Translations under genes and position numbers: made by a program
Shown here: positions 10,908 to 22,639 of the stretch, piece after piece
Layout of the letters: each line of letters begins with the position of its first letter
Numbering within the stretch: the stretch's first letter is position 1
Origin: Neophaeotheca triangularis
Taxonomy: Eukaryota
Length of the DNA stretch: 64,000 bases
Assembly (NCBI GenBank): GCA_054600435.1
Contig: BAAIJX010000017.1
Coordinates: 62,001-126,000, forward strand
Direction of reading: 5' to 3'
The notes under the pieces: model-generated
What the model saw: only the letters and a program-made list of their open reading frames with translations
The model's database searches: none
Told to the model about the DNA's origin: nothing

Positions 10908-12780
10908 ATGGACAACAAAGAAGCTGAAAAGACCAACCACGTCGAGGTCAACGAGCATGCACCCGCAAAGACGACTCTGAGCCCAGCCGACACCACGGAG
11001 ATCGCCCAAATGAGCCTGCTCGAGCATGAAGTTGGCAAGCTTCAATCCTTTCGCGAATACCCGTGGGCGTGTTTGTGGTGTATCTACGCCGTCTGGCTCG
11101 TTCTGTTGGTGTCTTTCGAGAATCAAGCGGCTGGCACTGTTTTCGGTATCCCCAAGTTTCGAGAAGACTTCGGCCACGCGTATACAGATGAGAACGGCGA
11201 CACAGGCTATGTCATCGAAGGTCACTGGCAGGCGGCTTTCCAGGGTGCTCCCGTAGCTACGTACGTGACCTCTCGACGGGCATTGCGTTGTTCCCTCGAG
11301 GGTTGGATTCTGACATTCGTCCTAGTTCCGTCATTGGCTCCCTCGTCTCTGGTCAGCTCGCAGACTGGCTGGGTCGTCGCATGGTCGTAATGATCTGCCT
11401 GGTAATCAGCTTTGCTGCCATCACCATGGAGTTTGTTTCAACATCGCCGCCTCTCTTCTTCGGAGGTATATTGATAATTCCTTTCACATTTGAACGGGCA
11501 ACACGCTGACCGGATGCAGGCAAACTTCTAAACGGTCTTCCAGTGGGCGCACTTGTCACCGTCGCGGTAACATACATTGGCGAGGTTGCACCCTTGAAAC
11601 TCCGTGGTTTGCTCACCTGCCTGACCGCGCTGTCTTACACTTTGGGGCCCTTGACCGTGGCCTTGATCGTAAACTCCACCGGGACCTACGACAATAGATG
11701 GGCATACCGTGCTGTCTTCGCGGCTCAGTACGGGTTTGCAGTCATTCCAACTATACTCGTCCCCTTCATGCCAGAGTATGCAATTTACAAGAGCACCCTC
11801 CCGATCTACGCAGCGAGCTGACAGCATTCCAAAAGATCCCCGTGGTGGCTCGCCTCTAAAGATCGCAACGACAAAGCCATCAAAGCTCTAAACCAGCTCG
11901 GACACCGTGGCGTGGAAGCGGAGAAAAAGCTCTCGATCATCACCAAGACGCTGCAAGAGATCCGACAAGAGACTGAAGGCGTCACATATTTCGAATGTTT
12001 CCGAAAGTCCAACCTTCGCAGGACCATGATCTCCGTGGCTCCCCTCTCCATCCAAGCGCTCTCCGGTATCACCTTCATCGCGTCCTACGCAACCTACTAC
12101 ATGCAACTCGCGGGCTACAGCACGGAGATGAGCTTCAAACTGCAGATTGTCCAGCAAGTAATCTCGCTCGTCGGTAACGTCATGGTAAGTCTGACCCTAC
12201 TGACGAGGTGACCCAGCCCCCCCTTATTTTACTGACTTGCGACATTTAGTCCTGGTACCTGGTGGACAAAGTAGGCCGGCGAAACCTCACCTTCTACGGC
12301 CTAGCCATCCTGACCCTCGTGCTCTTCGTCATGGCCGGCACGGCGACGCTCGAGACCGAAGCCGGGAGCAAAGCCAGCGTCTCCATGGTCCTGATTTACT
12401 GCTGGCTGTTCAACGTCACCATCGGCGCGACAGCATACACACTACTCTGCGAAGTGGCGACGTCCAGACTGCGCGCAAAGACGATAGCGATCGGGCTCGC
12501 GCTGCAAAACACTCTGCAAACCATGTGGTCGTTTGTGCTGCCCTACCTCTTCAACCCGGACCAGTTGAACTTGGGAGGGCGGCTGGGCTTCATCTTCGGC
12601 GCTTTGGCCGTCGTCTCGCTGGTCTATCTCTGGTTCTTCCAGCCCGAGACCAAGAACCGCTCCTACGACGAGCTGGACGAGATGTTCATGAAGCGCGTGC
12701 CGGCGAGGAAGTTCAAGACGTATGTGACCGAGGTGCAGCAGAGTCAGGATGCCGTTCGGGAGAAGGGCATGGACCTGTAG
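10908..12780 (+). CDS. MFS sugar porter, maltose/alpha-glucoside-permease-like (5 exons)
   Basis: ADWLGRR, TYIGEVAPLKLRG, PESPWWL, VDKVGRR, QPETKNRSYDELDEMF; introns ~11261-11325, 11466-11519, 11776-11835, 12185-12249. Confidence 0.92.
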
Positions 12781-12868
12781 CAGGCGTGTGGTCGTTCTCG
12801 TCTATACTGCGGATTCATGAGAGTGAAACTTTTCCACAGATACCCAATTACATGTCATTCCGTTTTTC

Positions 12869-14699
12869 CTATACGAACCATGTCCCGTGATTATGGCGAA
12901 AGTCCTTACTATGCTTTCTCGCGTGACCGGAACCAGGTACAACTTCATCATTCTGCTCCACCTCGGCAATCTCCTTCCCACACCTCCTGGCCTTGTACAA
13001 GGTAGCTTCGTCATAAACGCTACCATCCGGACTGGCAATAGCCTGCTGCGTCAAGTGCGTGCAGTTGTGGAAGATAAGCTTGCTCCAGCTGTAGGTTTCG
13101 CCTTGAGCGTAGCGTGAATAGTTCGCAAGCCCGTCGTGGAACTCGTCTTTGCCGTTGTAGTGGCCCGCTATACCGTTGACGATATACCACGGGGCAGAGG
13201 GGTTGTCGAGACCGTTGCGGTCAATGGTATTGTTGTAGATGGGCGTTATGCGCTCGTAGACGTGCGTGTGGCCGCACATGTAGAGATCCACACCGTGTTC
13301 ATTGCTGTAGAAGGGGTTGTGTTAGTGTGTTTGCTGGTATAGGCTTCTCTCACGGCTGGAATGGGAAGGACTTACAAGATGTCCTCGAAAGCTTCTGTTA
13401 CGTTCGAGTTGACGCCGCCGGCGCTGCAGTATAGAGGACGGTGGCCGAAGACGACTACCCAGGGGGTTTTGGTGCGGTCGACCGAGGCAAGGTCGTTCTT
13501 CAGCCAGTTGATCTGCTGGTCCTGACGACCGAAATAGCCATCGAGTTTGCCCTCGCTAGGCCCTTCCAGTCCGTTGCCGAGATCGGTTTCAACATCAATG
13601 TGCACGTGGTGGGCCATGCCGTGGTCGTAGGAGTACCTAAGCAATGCTTGTCAGCTCGGCTTTACCACCGACTTACGTATCGACGCAATGATCGGTACTC
13701 ACCAGAACCCCTCGAAGCCATTACTCGGCCCAGCAGGCATACGGAACCTAGCGCGGTATGCCGTGAAGTTGGTCTGATCCAGCGGACAAATTTCCTCGCT
13801 GTATTCAACGCCAATTTCGTCGTCGTCAAAACCTCCGTTGTTGCAGTTGGCCTCGTGGTTTCCAGGGCTGACCATGTACGGTTTGAAGCTCGAAATGTTG
13901 GCGAGCTGCTCGTAAAAAGCATTGTTCATCCATTCGTAGAGCTGTGGGTACTTCCACCGTGGCGTGTCGGCCAGATAGCCTTCGATCTGTTCTCGGAGCC
14001 AGTAGTCTGCGTAAGCCAAGTCACCTAAGACGGGTATCAGCATTGCCCAAATACCCACAATGAACGACTGGCAGCGGCTGACCTGGATGCGTGACGAAGC
14101 CCAACTCGTCCAGACGTTTTGAGATATCTTGGATCGTCGTTTGCTCGTTGTCTTCGAGTGGGTAGTGAGGATCCGTCTGACTCAAGCCGTAGCGACTAAA
14201 GGTTCCCATGTCGACGACTACCGCGGCGGTAAAGGGAGTCATGTCTCTAGCGGGCTTTTACGTCTTGAAATGGTAGGGTTCCGTTTTGTTTAATCCTTAG
14301 GGAAGATAGTAATAAGTTGTATCTAGAGTAAGCCCGGTCATATTGACATGGTTGTAGAAAGTTTCGCTCGTTAGGAACATGAAGCTCTCGTTAGAGGAAG
14401 CTCGCTCGTCTAAGTTGGAGGCGTTGAGTCCGTATCGAACGGTCGGCTAGTCTAACTTCTAGAAAGTATTCCATGATACCATCCTAGGGGGTGAGAATCA
14501 GCGGCAGGCACATTAGGTGTCTTGAGCGGAATCTAACGCACATGGCTTCGTGGCCCTAATATGCCAGCCAAAGCTGTAGAGGCGTAGTCGGGTCATTAAT
14601 GTATTTGGTTCCCGTGAAGTAGGTCTTCTGGCTGGTATCAAGTGCACTAACAATGCCCGCCAGAACAGGTAGAAGAGGTAGAAGCGCGGAAAAATGCAT
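12869..14699 (-). pseudogene. Secreted purple acid phosphatase / metallophosphoesterase, inactivated by five in-frame stops in the 5' part
   Basis: Signal peptide MHFSALLPLLPVLAGIVSA; intact motifs DMG, GDLAYAD, GNHE, GHRP, GHTH; in-frame TAG at 14556-14558, 14459-14461, 14447-14449 and TAA at 14297-14299, 14258-14260. Confidence 0.85.
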
Positions 14700-15120
14700 T
14701 GTTTCTACCGAACAACGAGACAAGCAACGAAGGTCAAAGAGCAAGTATAGGAAGCACCCGGACCTATCTTTCCTTTTGAATGCACCACGGCGGCCAGGTA
14801 CTTTGCCGAGTAGTGGAAGCATGAAGTCGTCTTGAGCTCCTGGTTAAAGTCCACGAGACATGTTGCAAAGCCGAAGCACGTGGTCTACCTTGCGGCCAGT
14901 GATGATAAGAGGTATTGTACATATCGAGCAATTCTGATAGGAGGTACGGTGCCTTCCATTGCCTTGGTGATTCGCAAGCGATTGAAGAGTTCCAGTTGCC
15001 CCGTTGCTCCCTTCCATGCAGGTGGTTGACATGAAAGATTGATGACGCCTTTCACCACGACGAGTCCTAATGCCCTTGAAGCATTGGAAGGAGACGGGAG
15101 TAGTAACTAAGCGAGGTGCT

Positions 15121-15141
15121 CTTATCTTATCTTATCTTATC
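15121..15141 (-). repeat. (CTTAT)4C tandem repeat = four overlapping GATAAG elements on the minus strand
   Basis: cttatcttatcttatcttatc in the divergent phosphatase/MFS intergenic region. Confidence 0.7.
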
Positions 15142-15656
15142 GATACCGACGGCTTCCATCGATACGACTGTCGCCTCAATCACGGAGTTTCGCCGTCAAA
15201 TCCTCGGCTCTTGTCGTCTCTGCTTAACAAAGAATAGAACCTACTTCCTACTAGTACTTACCTAAATAATGACCTGACCTATGGTAGTTATTCGCCACAA
15301 TATCGGAAACTCGGCTACGTCCTCCTTATGAGATAGGGCTGACCCATAACGGCATCCTTTCCGGCATGATGATTGAAAACCCCATCACCTCAAGTCGTCT
15401 GTTCTCTGCAAGAGGCAACAAAGGCCTTTCCGCCAAAAGCCTTCGGCAAGTTTTCCGTCCCTCTCAGTCATGCTGAGATATCTCGCCTCTCCTAATTTTT
15501 CTGCTCGATACCTTATGCTGAGGCCGAAACATCCTCAACCTTACTACTCGTAACCATGTCATTAACAAGACGTTTCTGCTTTCTCCTTTTCTTTTTCACT
15601 TGGAATATCACCCTTTCTCCTGGGTAATACCTTCCACCGCTGTCTTGCCTCGCAAC

Positions 15657-17406
15657 ATGGCATACCTTTTACAACGCAGAGCCATATGGCGCCAAGTCGA
15701 ATCGGAACTCGAGTATGCCATCTCTGGATCGTCGATAGAGGAATCTCCGACAGACTCGCCACAGGACGACTCTTCGGAGAAGAGGAGCTGGGGGAATCTC
15801 ATCCCTGACCGGGTTCCCGGAGTCACTTGTCAACGAGGCAAAGAGAGCAATTCCGAGACGTACTACCAGGTCGACTTCACAGGACCTGACGATCCCCTCA
15901 ATCCAAGGGCATGGAGTACACCGCACCGCATCCTGGCCACCTTTTTCGTCTGCATCATCGCTTTCACCGTCACCCTCTCCTCCGCCATCGATTCCGCCGT
16001 ATTGGACAAGACGACTGCCGAATTTGGTGTCTCGCACGTCGCAGGCTCGCTTGCCACTGCACTCTTTCTGGTTGCGTTTGGCCTCGGAGCGCTGGTTTGC
16101 TCCCCTCTTTCTGAGCTCTACGGAAGGTATCCGGTCTACGTCGGTTCTTTGTGCATCTTCGCATGCTGGATTCTGGGCGCTGCGCTGGCCCCGAATTTCG
16201 GTGCACACCTCGTCTTCCGTTTCTTAGCCGGCTTCGCCGGCAGCACCCCTTTAACCGTTGCTGGAGGTACCATGGGCGATCTCTACAACCCGCTGGAGAA
16301 AACTTGGGCTTTTCCCATGTTTGCCATCCCTGCGTTTGGCGGTCCTGTTTTCGGTCCAGTCGTTGGTGGTTACATTGGATATCTTAACGGCATCAGCTGG
16401 AGGTGGTCGGAGTGGGTTGTCTTGATTGCGACTGGTGCAATCATCTTGATCACGGCGCTCTGCACGCGAGAAACATACGGCGCACGCATCTTACATTACA
16501 AGGCGAAATGCTATCGCAAACTCACCGGGGACGACCGGTTCAAGACCGCCTTGGAAGCTTCGCACCGTTCCACCGGCACCGTCTTCCGCAAGGCGTTTTT
16601 GAACCCTTTCATCCTTGCTGTTGAACCTATCGTCATGGCCATGACCTTTTATATGACCTTCATCTACATAGTTCTCTTCACGTTTTTGGAAGGGTACGCA
16701 ACTCCCTTACCCCTTGCTATAAAGCATACCGCTAACGAGCCCAACAGCTGGCCCTACATCTTCGCAGATAAATACCCCATCAATACAGGCTTAGCCAACA
16801 TCGGCTTCGTCGCACTATTCATCGGACTAGTCGCGTCCCTCCCCCTCGTCATCATCGTCTACAAAAAGACGGTGAAACAGCTCCAGCGCGACGGCGACGA
16901 CGGCTCAGGCGCGAAAATCAACCGCGAATACAGAGTCATCTACGCCATGGTAGGAGCACCAGCACTACCCATCGGCCTCTTCTGGATGGCGTGGACAAAC
17001 TACGTAAGTACCCACCCGCAACCCACCCGCAATGCCCGAACCACCACCACCAGCCAATACATACTAACAGCCACCTCCCCAATTCCAGTCATCAATTTCC
17101 ATCTGGGCGCCCCTCGCCGCCGCCATTGTCATCGGCTTCAGCAACATCTGCATCTTCATGAGCGCCTACATGTACGTCATCGACAGCTACGAGGCCGCGG
17201 CCGCCGGAGCTCTCACTTTCGTCGCCGTCGTCCGCTATCTGGCCGCGGGCGCCATGACCGTGGTCGCGACTCCCATGTACCGCAACTTGGGCACGCATTG
17301 GGCGCTCTCGGTCCTTGCTATTATTAGTGTGGTGGCCATGCCGATTCCGTTTGTGCTGTATCGGTTTGGGCCGAGTCTGAGGCGGAGGAGTCGGTGGGCT
17401 GTGTAG
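15657..17406 (+). CDS. MFS drug:H+ antiporter (DHA1 family; polyamine/multidrug-transporter-like), 3 exons
   Basis: FTGPDDPLNPRAWS, SPLSELYGRYPVY, FRFLAGFAGS, GPVFGPVVGG, YVIDSY; introns 16694-16747 and 17004-17088. Confidence 0.9.
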
Positions 17407-18993
17407 GAATGTGGGTTTTTTGTTCCCTCTGGTGAGGTTGGGGAGCTGGGCTGGTTCGGGGCTTTGCTGCGTCTTGGCTGGGAATTCTGGGGTGTCGCGA
17501 GCACGGCGCCGACTCTGTCGTGGCACGCTGTTTGTGTACCTTTGTTGGAAGATTCGATTCCGAAGAGAAGGTGTGCTAGCGACGGGGACAGAGGGTGGGG
17601 AAACGACCGATGCAGGTTCGCAAGGCGATTGCTGGGACTCTACGCTCTGCGCGACTCATTACAAGATTGTCGTGGGAGCGTAAGACGGTCACGTATCCTG
17701 CTGGAGAGGGCGCATGTGCTGCCATTGCGGTTCCGGGGTTGTTTGAGGTAATTTTGACAAGAATGGCATGGGAAGAATCAGTCTTCTGTCCATTAGCTAC
17801 GGTAATTACTCCCACCAGCAGATGTGAGAAAGCACATTGGCATTCTCGCGGCGAACCGATGGACGAAGTGGTATCGATGCGAGATCTAGGCACGTATTCC
17901 ACACAGGGCTCAGCACTGCCATTACTCAAAAGTGCTTTTAGAGGTGAATATAGCTGAAAAAAGCCAATTTTGCTACAAGATGCCACGTCCATGACAGTCC
18001 TAGGAATAAACATTGGCCTGACTCACGCACTCAGCGGCCCCGGCGGCCATTCGGGTCTTGTGAAGTTCGCAACGAGTGCGAGACGGCTGCGATGGAATGC
18101 CAAAGTCCCGGCTCTAGACTAGATTGCCTCCTGGGAAGTCTCTAACCACCGCTGGGAAGGAACCATTGTCTTGTTGAGGAGGGAACAGTTCTCTGAGCTT
18201 GCCACTAGACGACACCCGGACGGTTCGGGCAACGCTCTCGGCTTGGATCGATTGCTTGAACGGCAGGCTACGCGTTGGTAAGTGATCGTCGGGATAGAGA
18301 AGAGGGTGCTGTTTGGGAAGATTGTTGCTTGAGGAGAGAAAGGTGGAAACGCCAGGAGGCAGCGGTTCTATCGACATTCTTTACAACTCGGTCTTTGCTT
18401 GGGATGTGGCAGATTGTCTTGTCAGTGGTGTACAGTATGTCGGCTTCTCGGCGACTTTGAAGCACGAGACGGCGTGGTTGCTCAGTTGAGGGTGTTCGTA
18501 TGGATCAAAGTCAGACGGCAGCCTGCAGGGAGGGTGCCTTGATTAAAGCGGTTGTATGCTGCCGAGCGCCAGTGTTTCTTCGATGACCACGGTAGAGCTG
18601 TCTGATGGGGACTACTTGTGTCGATGTCGAGGGTAGCGGACCATTCTCGGCGTTGCACTTGGATCACAATCATCACACACGGTCTGCGAAACGATATTGA
18701 GAAGACACAAGAGACAGCAGTTGGAAAGAAGCATGTCCACAGAGGGAGTGTAGGGAGCAAGCCGAGAGTGGGCAGACGTCGGTGGTCGGCGGTTAAAATG
18801 ATGACTAAGCTCAAGCGTGTGGTCATAGCTTAGATTTTGTTGATGCTATTCTCGCATTGACGCGACTTTCGAGAGCTTCGGCGAAACAACACTTGCAAGC
18901 TCTCTCTTCACCACCGCAGACACCACCCTCACCCACCGAAATAACACCCAGAGAGCACCAAAACCACCAGCATAATCGTCCCCATTCATACAA

Positions 18994-21049
18994 ATGGCGC
19001 CAAAGGCCAATACCAAGGCCAAGATGGTCAAACCAGCCAGCGACAGGGTCGCCAAAGGCAGAGTCGCCAAATCCGGCTCAACCTCAAAGACGTCCAAGAC
19101 AAAGGGTGGGTTGAACAAACTCGACGTGCATTCTCGAGCGCTTCCTCTCCAATGCCAATCGCATTACCACCGCGATCATGGGGAGACTACGCTCATTGAT
19201 GCCGTTGCACTTTTACGATTTCGAAGGTCGCTTACACATTGCAGGCAAGATCCCATCGCCTGTCGCAGCAACCTCCTCGAGGGCGGGGAGGCCGCGCAAG
19301 GTGCCAGATGTCTTCAACCCAGACCCAACTCCCGCGCCGAGGGCCAGCGCAGCCAAGGCCGCACCAACAACGAAGAAGACCACAGGGAGCGCTAAGGCGC
19401 TAACCCCGGCACAAAAGGCCGCCATTACGCGCGCCAACAAGGCAAAGACAGCAGACAAAGCTGCAAAAGCGACTACAAAAACCACCAAGGAGAGGAAGAC
19501 CCTTCCTGCAAAGGGCCCAAAAGAGCAGAAGAAGGCTCCGGCGAAAAAGGCAGCTCCCACCAAAGGTCAACTCACCCCTGCGCAAAAGGCCGCAATCACT
19601 AGAGCGAACAACAAGCGCAAGCGCGAAGAGGAGGCAGAAGCTCCCGCTCCTAGCCCCGCGCCGAAAAAGGTCAAGGCGATTCCCAAAGGCCCAGTCCTCA
19701 CTGAGCCCCCTACCCGGCGCATGGACGTCTACGTTTTCGGAGAGGGCAGCGCTGGAGAGCTTGGTCTGGGCCCCAAAAACTCGTCCCTCGAAGTGAAGCG
19801 TCCTCGTTTCAACCCGAACCTCGCGTCCGACAAGGCTGGTGTCGTCCAGCTCGACGCCGGCGCAATGCATGCAGTTGCCCTCACTCGCGACAACAAGATC
19901 CTCACTTGGGGCGTCAACGATGACGGAGCGCTGGGAAGGACAACAGCTTGGGAAGGTGGAGTGCGCGACGTGGACGACCCAGAACCAGACCTTGAGGAGC
20001 TTGACGAAGATGACGACTCCGGCTTGAATCCTCACGAAAGCACTCCCTACGAGGTCAACTTCTCCAAGGTAGTCCTACCAGAAGGCACGCGCTGGACTCA
20101 AGTAGTCGCATGCGATTCTGCCACTTTCGCTCTCACCGACGACGGACATGTGTATGGTTGGGGCACATTTCGCGGAGCATCAGGTCCCCTCGGCTTCCGC
20201 CCAAACAGCCCCGAGAAGCAAACCACCCCGGTGCTCATTCCAGAAATCAAAGACATCACCCAACTCGCCGCCGGCGCCAACCACATCTTGGCACTTCACA
20301 AGAGCGGTCGGGTCTATGGGTGGGGCGCGGGCGATTCGAACCAACTCGGCCGCAAGATCGTCGAACGCACTCAAGGCGCCAGCTGCCTCATTCCCCGCGA
20401 GTTCGGCCTTCCCAAGGGCGTCAAGAACGGCATCGTCAAGCTCGGCTGTGGCGACAATTTCTCCTTTGCCCTCAACAAACTCGGCAACGTCTACGCCTGG
20501 GGCCTGAACAACTTCGGCCAGCTAGGCATGGAAGACGAAGCAGGCGGCGAAGACGCCTTCATCTTCAAGCCCCAAATTGTCGAGCGCCTGCAAGGCATGA
20601 CCATCACCGAGTTCGGCGGGGGCCAGCACCACTCGTACTGGATCAACGCCGACGGCGACATGCTCTTCGCCGGCCGCCTGGACAGCAGCCAATCCGGCCT
20701 ACCCGCCTCCGTCATCTCCCAGCTCCCCGAAGAGCACGTCCTCAAGGGCCCCAACAGCGCCGGCGACATTATCACACGCGCTATTTGGGCCCCGACCAAG
20801 ATCTCCAACATCGAGGGTGCCGTCGTCACGGCCGCCACTTCCACCGAACATTGTATGGCCGTTACCAAGGAGGGTAGGGCGTGGAGTTGGGGTTTCAACG
20901 AGAACTTCCAAACCGGGCAGGGTGGGGAGGACGACACGGTCAAGGAGGCGACTATGTTGGATAACAAGGCCGTTAGGGAGGTCAAGATCACTGGTGCCGC
21001 GACGGGTAGCCAGTACGGCATGCTTACTGCTTTTGTCGACGACGCTTAG
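18994..21049 (+). CDS. RCC1-family Ran guanine nucleotide exchange factor (Pim1/Srm1-like), 2 exons
   Basis: RCC1 repeats VYVFGEGSAGELGLG, LTWGVNDDGALGR, VYGWGTFRG, YAWGLNNFGQLG, WSWGFNENFQTG; basic N-terminal tail; intron 19106-19244 joins the frames. Confidence 0.9.
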
Positions 21050-21861
21050 ACGGGGGAGATGCTCTTCTTTTTTCTTTGGTCCTTTTCGTGAACGGACGGG
21101 CTTGTGGTGGCGCTTGGGGGGCTGCGTGTTTCGCTGCTGAATCCATGGTGGCTGTTTCTTCGATCTCATTCTGGTTTGCATAATGCATTGGCGGGGAAAT
21201 CGGGAACATGGCGAGGTGTTTGGGAAGACGAAAGCTTTAATCGTGCAGTCTCCGAGCGCCTTTTTCTTTTTTACCGGCCGCGTTTTGAGAAATGGGGCTT
21301 ACTGTACTCTAGTGGCTTTTGCCTTGTTGAAGTGTATGAGGAGGGGCTTTTGGCCTTTTCACTTGAACTACAATTTTAAATTCATGGATGATGTCGACGT
21401 ACAAGGGCGGCGAGGGCATGCCTTGATGCAGTGCTTGCACGAGGTCTGTATCTTTGTCCTTCGACTGGTTTGAAGCGCCTGAATACGGTGAAACTGATCA
21501 ATTCGAGAGATACCCCTCTCTTCTTGCCTTTGCGCTGAGATACGAATCGCCGTCCGTAAGCTAGCGCTGGCGCTCACCAAGCCAATGATACGCCGCATGC
21601 TCACTCTAACAAGTCAACGCCATCATCAAGCATCGCTTTAACCGAACCTCACCTCTGACGATAGTAGCATTACGTTCCATTTACTCACACATCCTACCTT
21701 GACACATGAGTCCTATACCTTGCCCACTTACTAACACTCCAAACCCAACCAAAACAGCCTAAACCAGCAACCATTCACCCTCGAATCCAACCGCCTAATA
21801 GAATCAAGATTACCCACGCAACCCACTAAATATCCAAACCCTTGTGGACGTGATCACCACA

Positions 21862-22639
21862 ATGGCCGCCGCAAACCCTTTAACAAGCACCCACAACGTC
21901 CCCCTCTTCTTCTGGCGCGAATTCGAAGAACCATACGGCTTCCTCTCACAATGGTACGAAGCGCCCTTCACCGTCGAAGATGTCAGCTACGCCAGCACGG
22001 AAATGTGGATGATGGTGCAGAAAGCGAGACTCTTCGGGGACGAGGTGAGTGCATCCCGCCTTCATTACCAACTGCTCATGGGGTCTCTTGCCCTTGTTCC
22101 CTAGTGAGGGCAAAGGGCTGAAATTCGTGGCGTGTTTTTGCACAGGACATTGCGCGGAAGATGATGCAGACCAAAATACCATCTGAGCATCAGAAATTGG
22201 GAAGGCAGGTCAAGGGGTTCGAGAGGGGCAAGTGGGATGAGCGTGAGTCTTCCCGTTATTCATCACTATCTCTCAACTCCCGCCTTTTTTCTGATTCCAC
22301 ACCACAGACAAGTCCAAGATCGTAGAAGACGGCAATTACCACAAATTCACCAAGGGCGAAGCCAGCGGCCTTGACTTGAGAGCCAAATTGCTCGAGACCG
22401 GGACTATGGAGCTGGTCGAAGTATGTCATTATCTATTTCGCTGGTGACAAATACCCAGCTTACGCCGCCGACGACTAACACTTTGGGAATTAAAGGCATC
22501 ACCCACGGACAGGATCTGGGGCGTAGGATTCGGCCGCGAAGATGCTGTCGCTCATCGAGACGAGTGGGGCGAGAATAGACTCGGCAAAGCGATCATGGCG
22601 GCGAGAAAGCGCATTCAGGAGGAAGAGCGGAGTTGTTAA
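21862..22639 (+). CDS. NADAR (YbiA/DUF1768) family N-glycosidase, 4 exons
   Basis: LFFW..YGFLSQWY..TEMWMMVQKARLFGD|..KLGRQVKGF..W|..GNYHKF..LLETG..LVE|ASPTDRIWGVG..WGENRLGKAIM. Confidence 0.88.

Noticed and set aside
14258..14558. Premature stops in the phosphatase explained by A-to-I editing, readthrough or an alternative genetic code
   Set aside because: Five stops including TAA, at positions that fit Gln rather than Trp, accompanied by missense CpA->TpA-type changes; neighbouring genes use TAG/TAA as normal stops
17411..18840. Several 60-145 aa ORFs between the DHA1 and RCC1 genes
   Set aside because: No recognisable motifs or coherent exon chain; treated as intergenic, though a small orphan gene cannot be excluded
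19213..21181. Long antisense/overlapping ORFs over RCC1 (and likewise over other GC-rich genes)
   Set aside because: Shadow ORFs expected from GC-rich codon bias; no independent motifs
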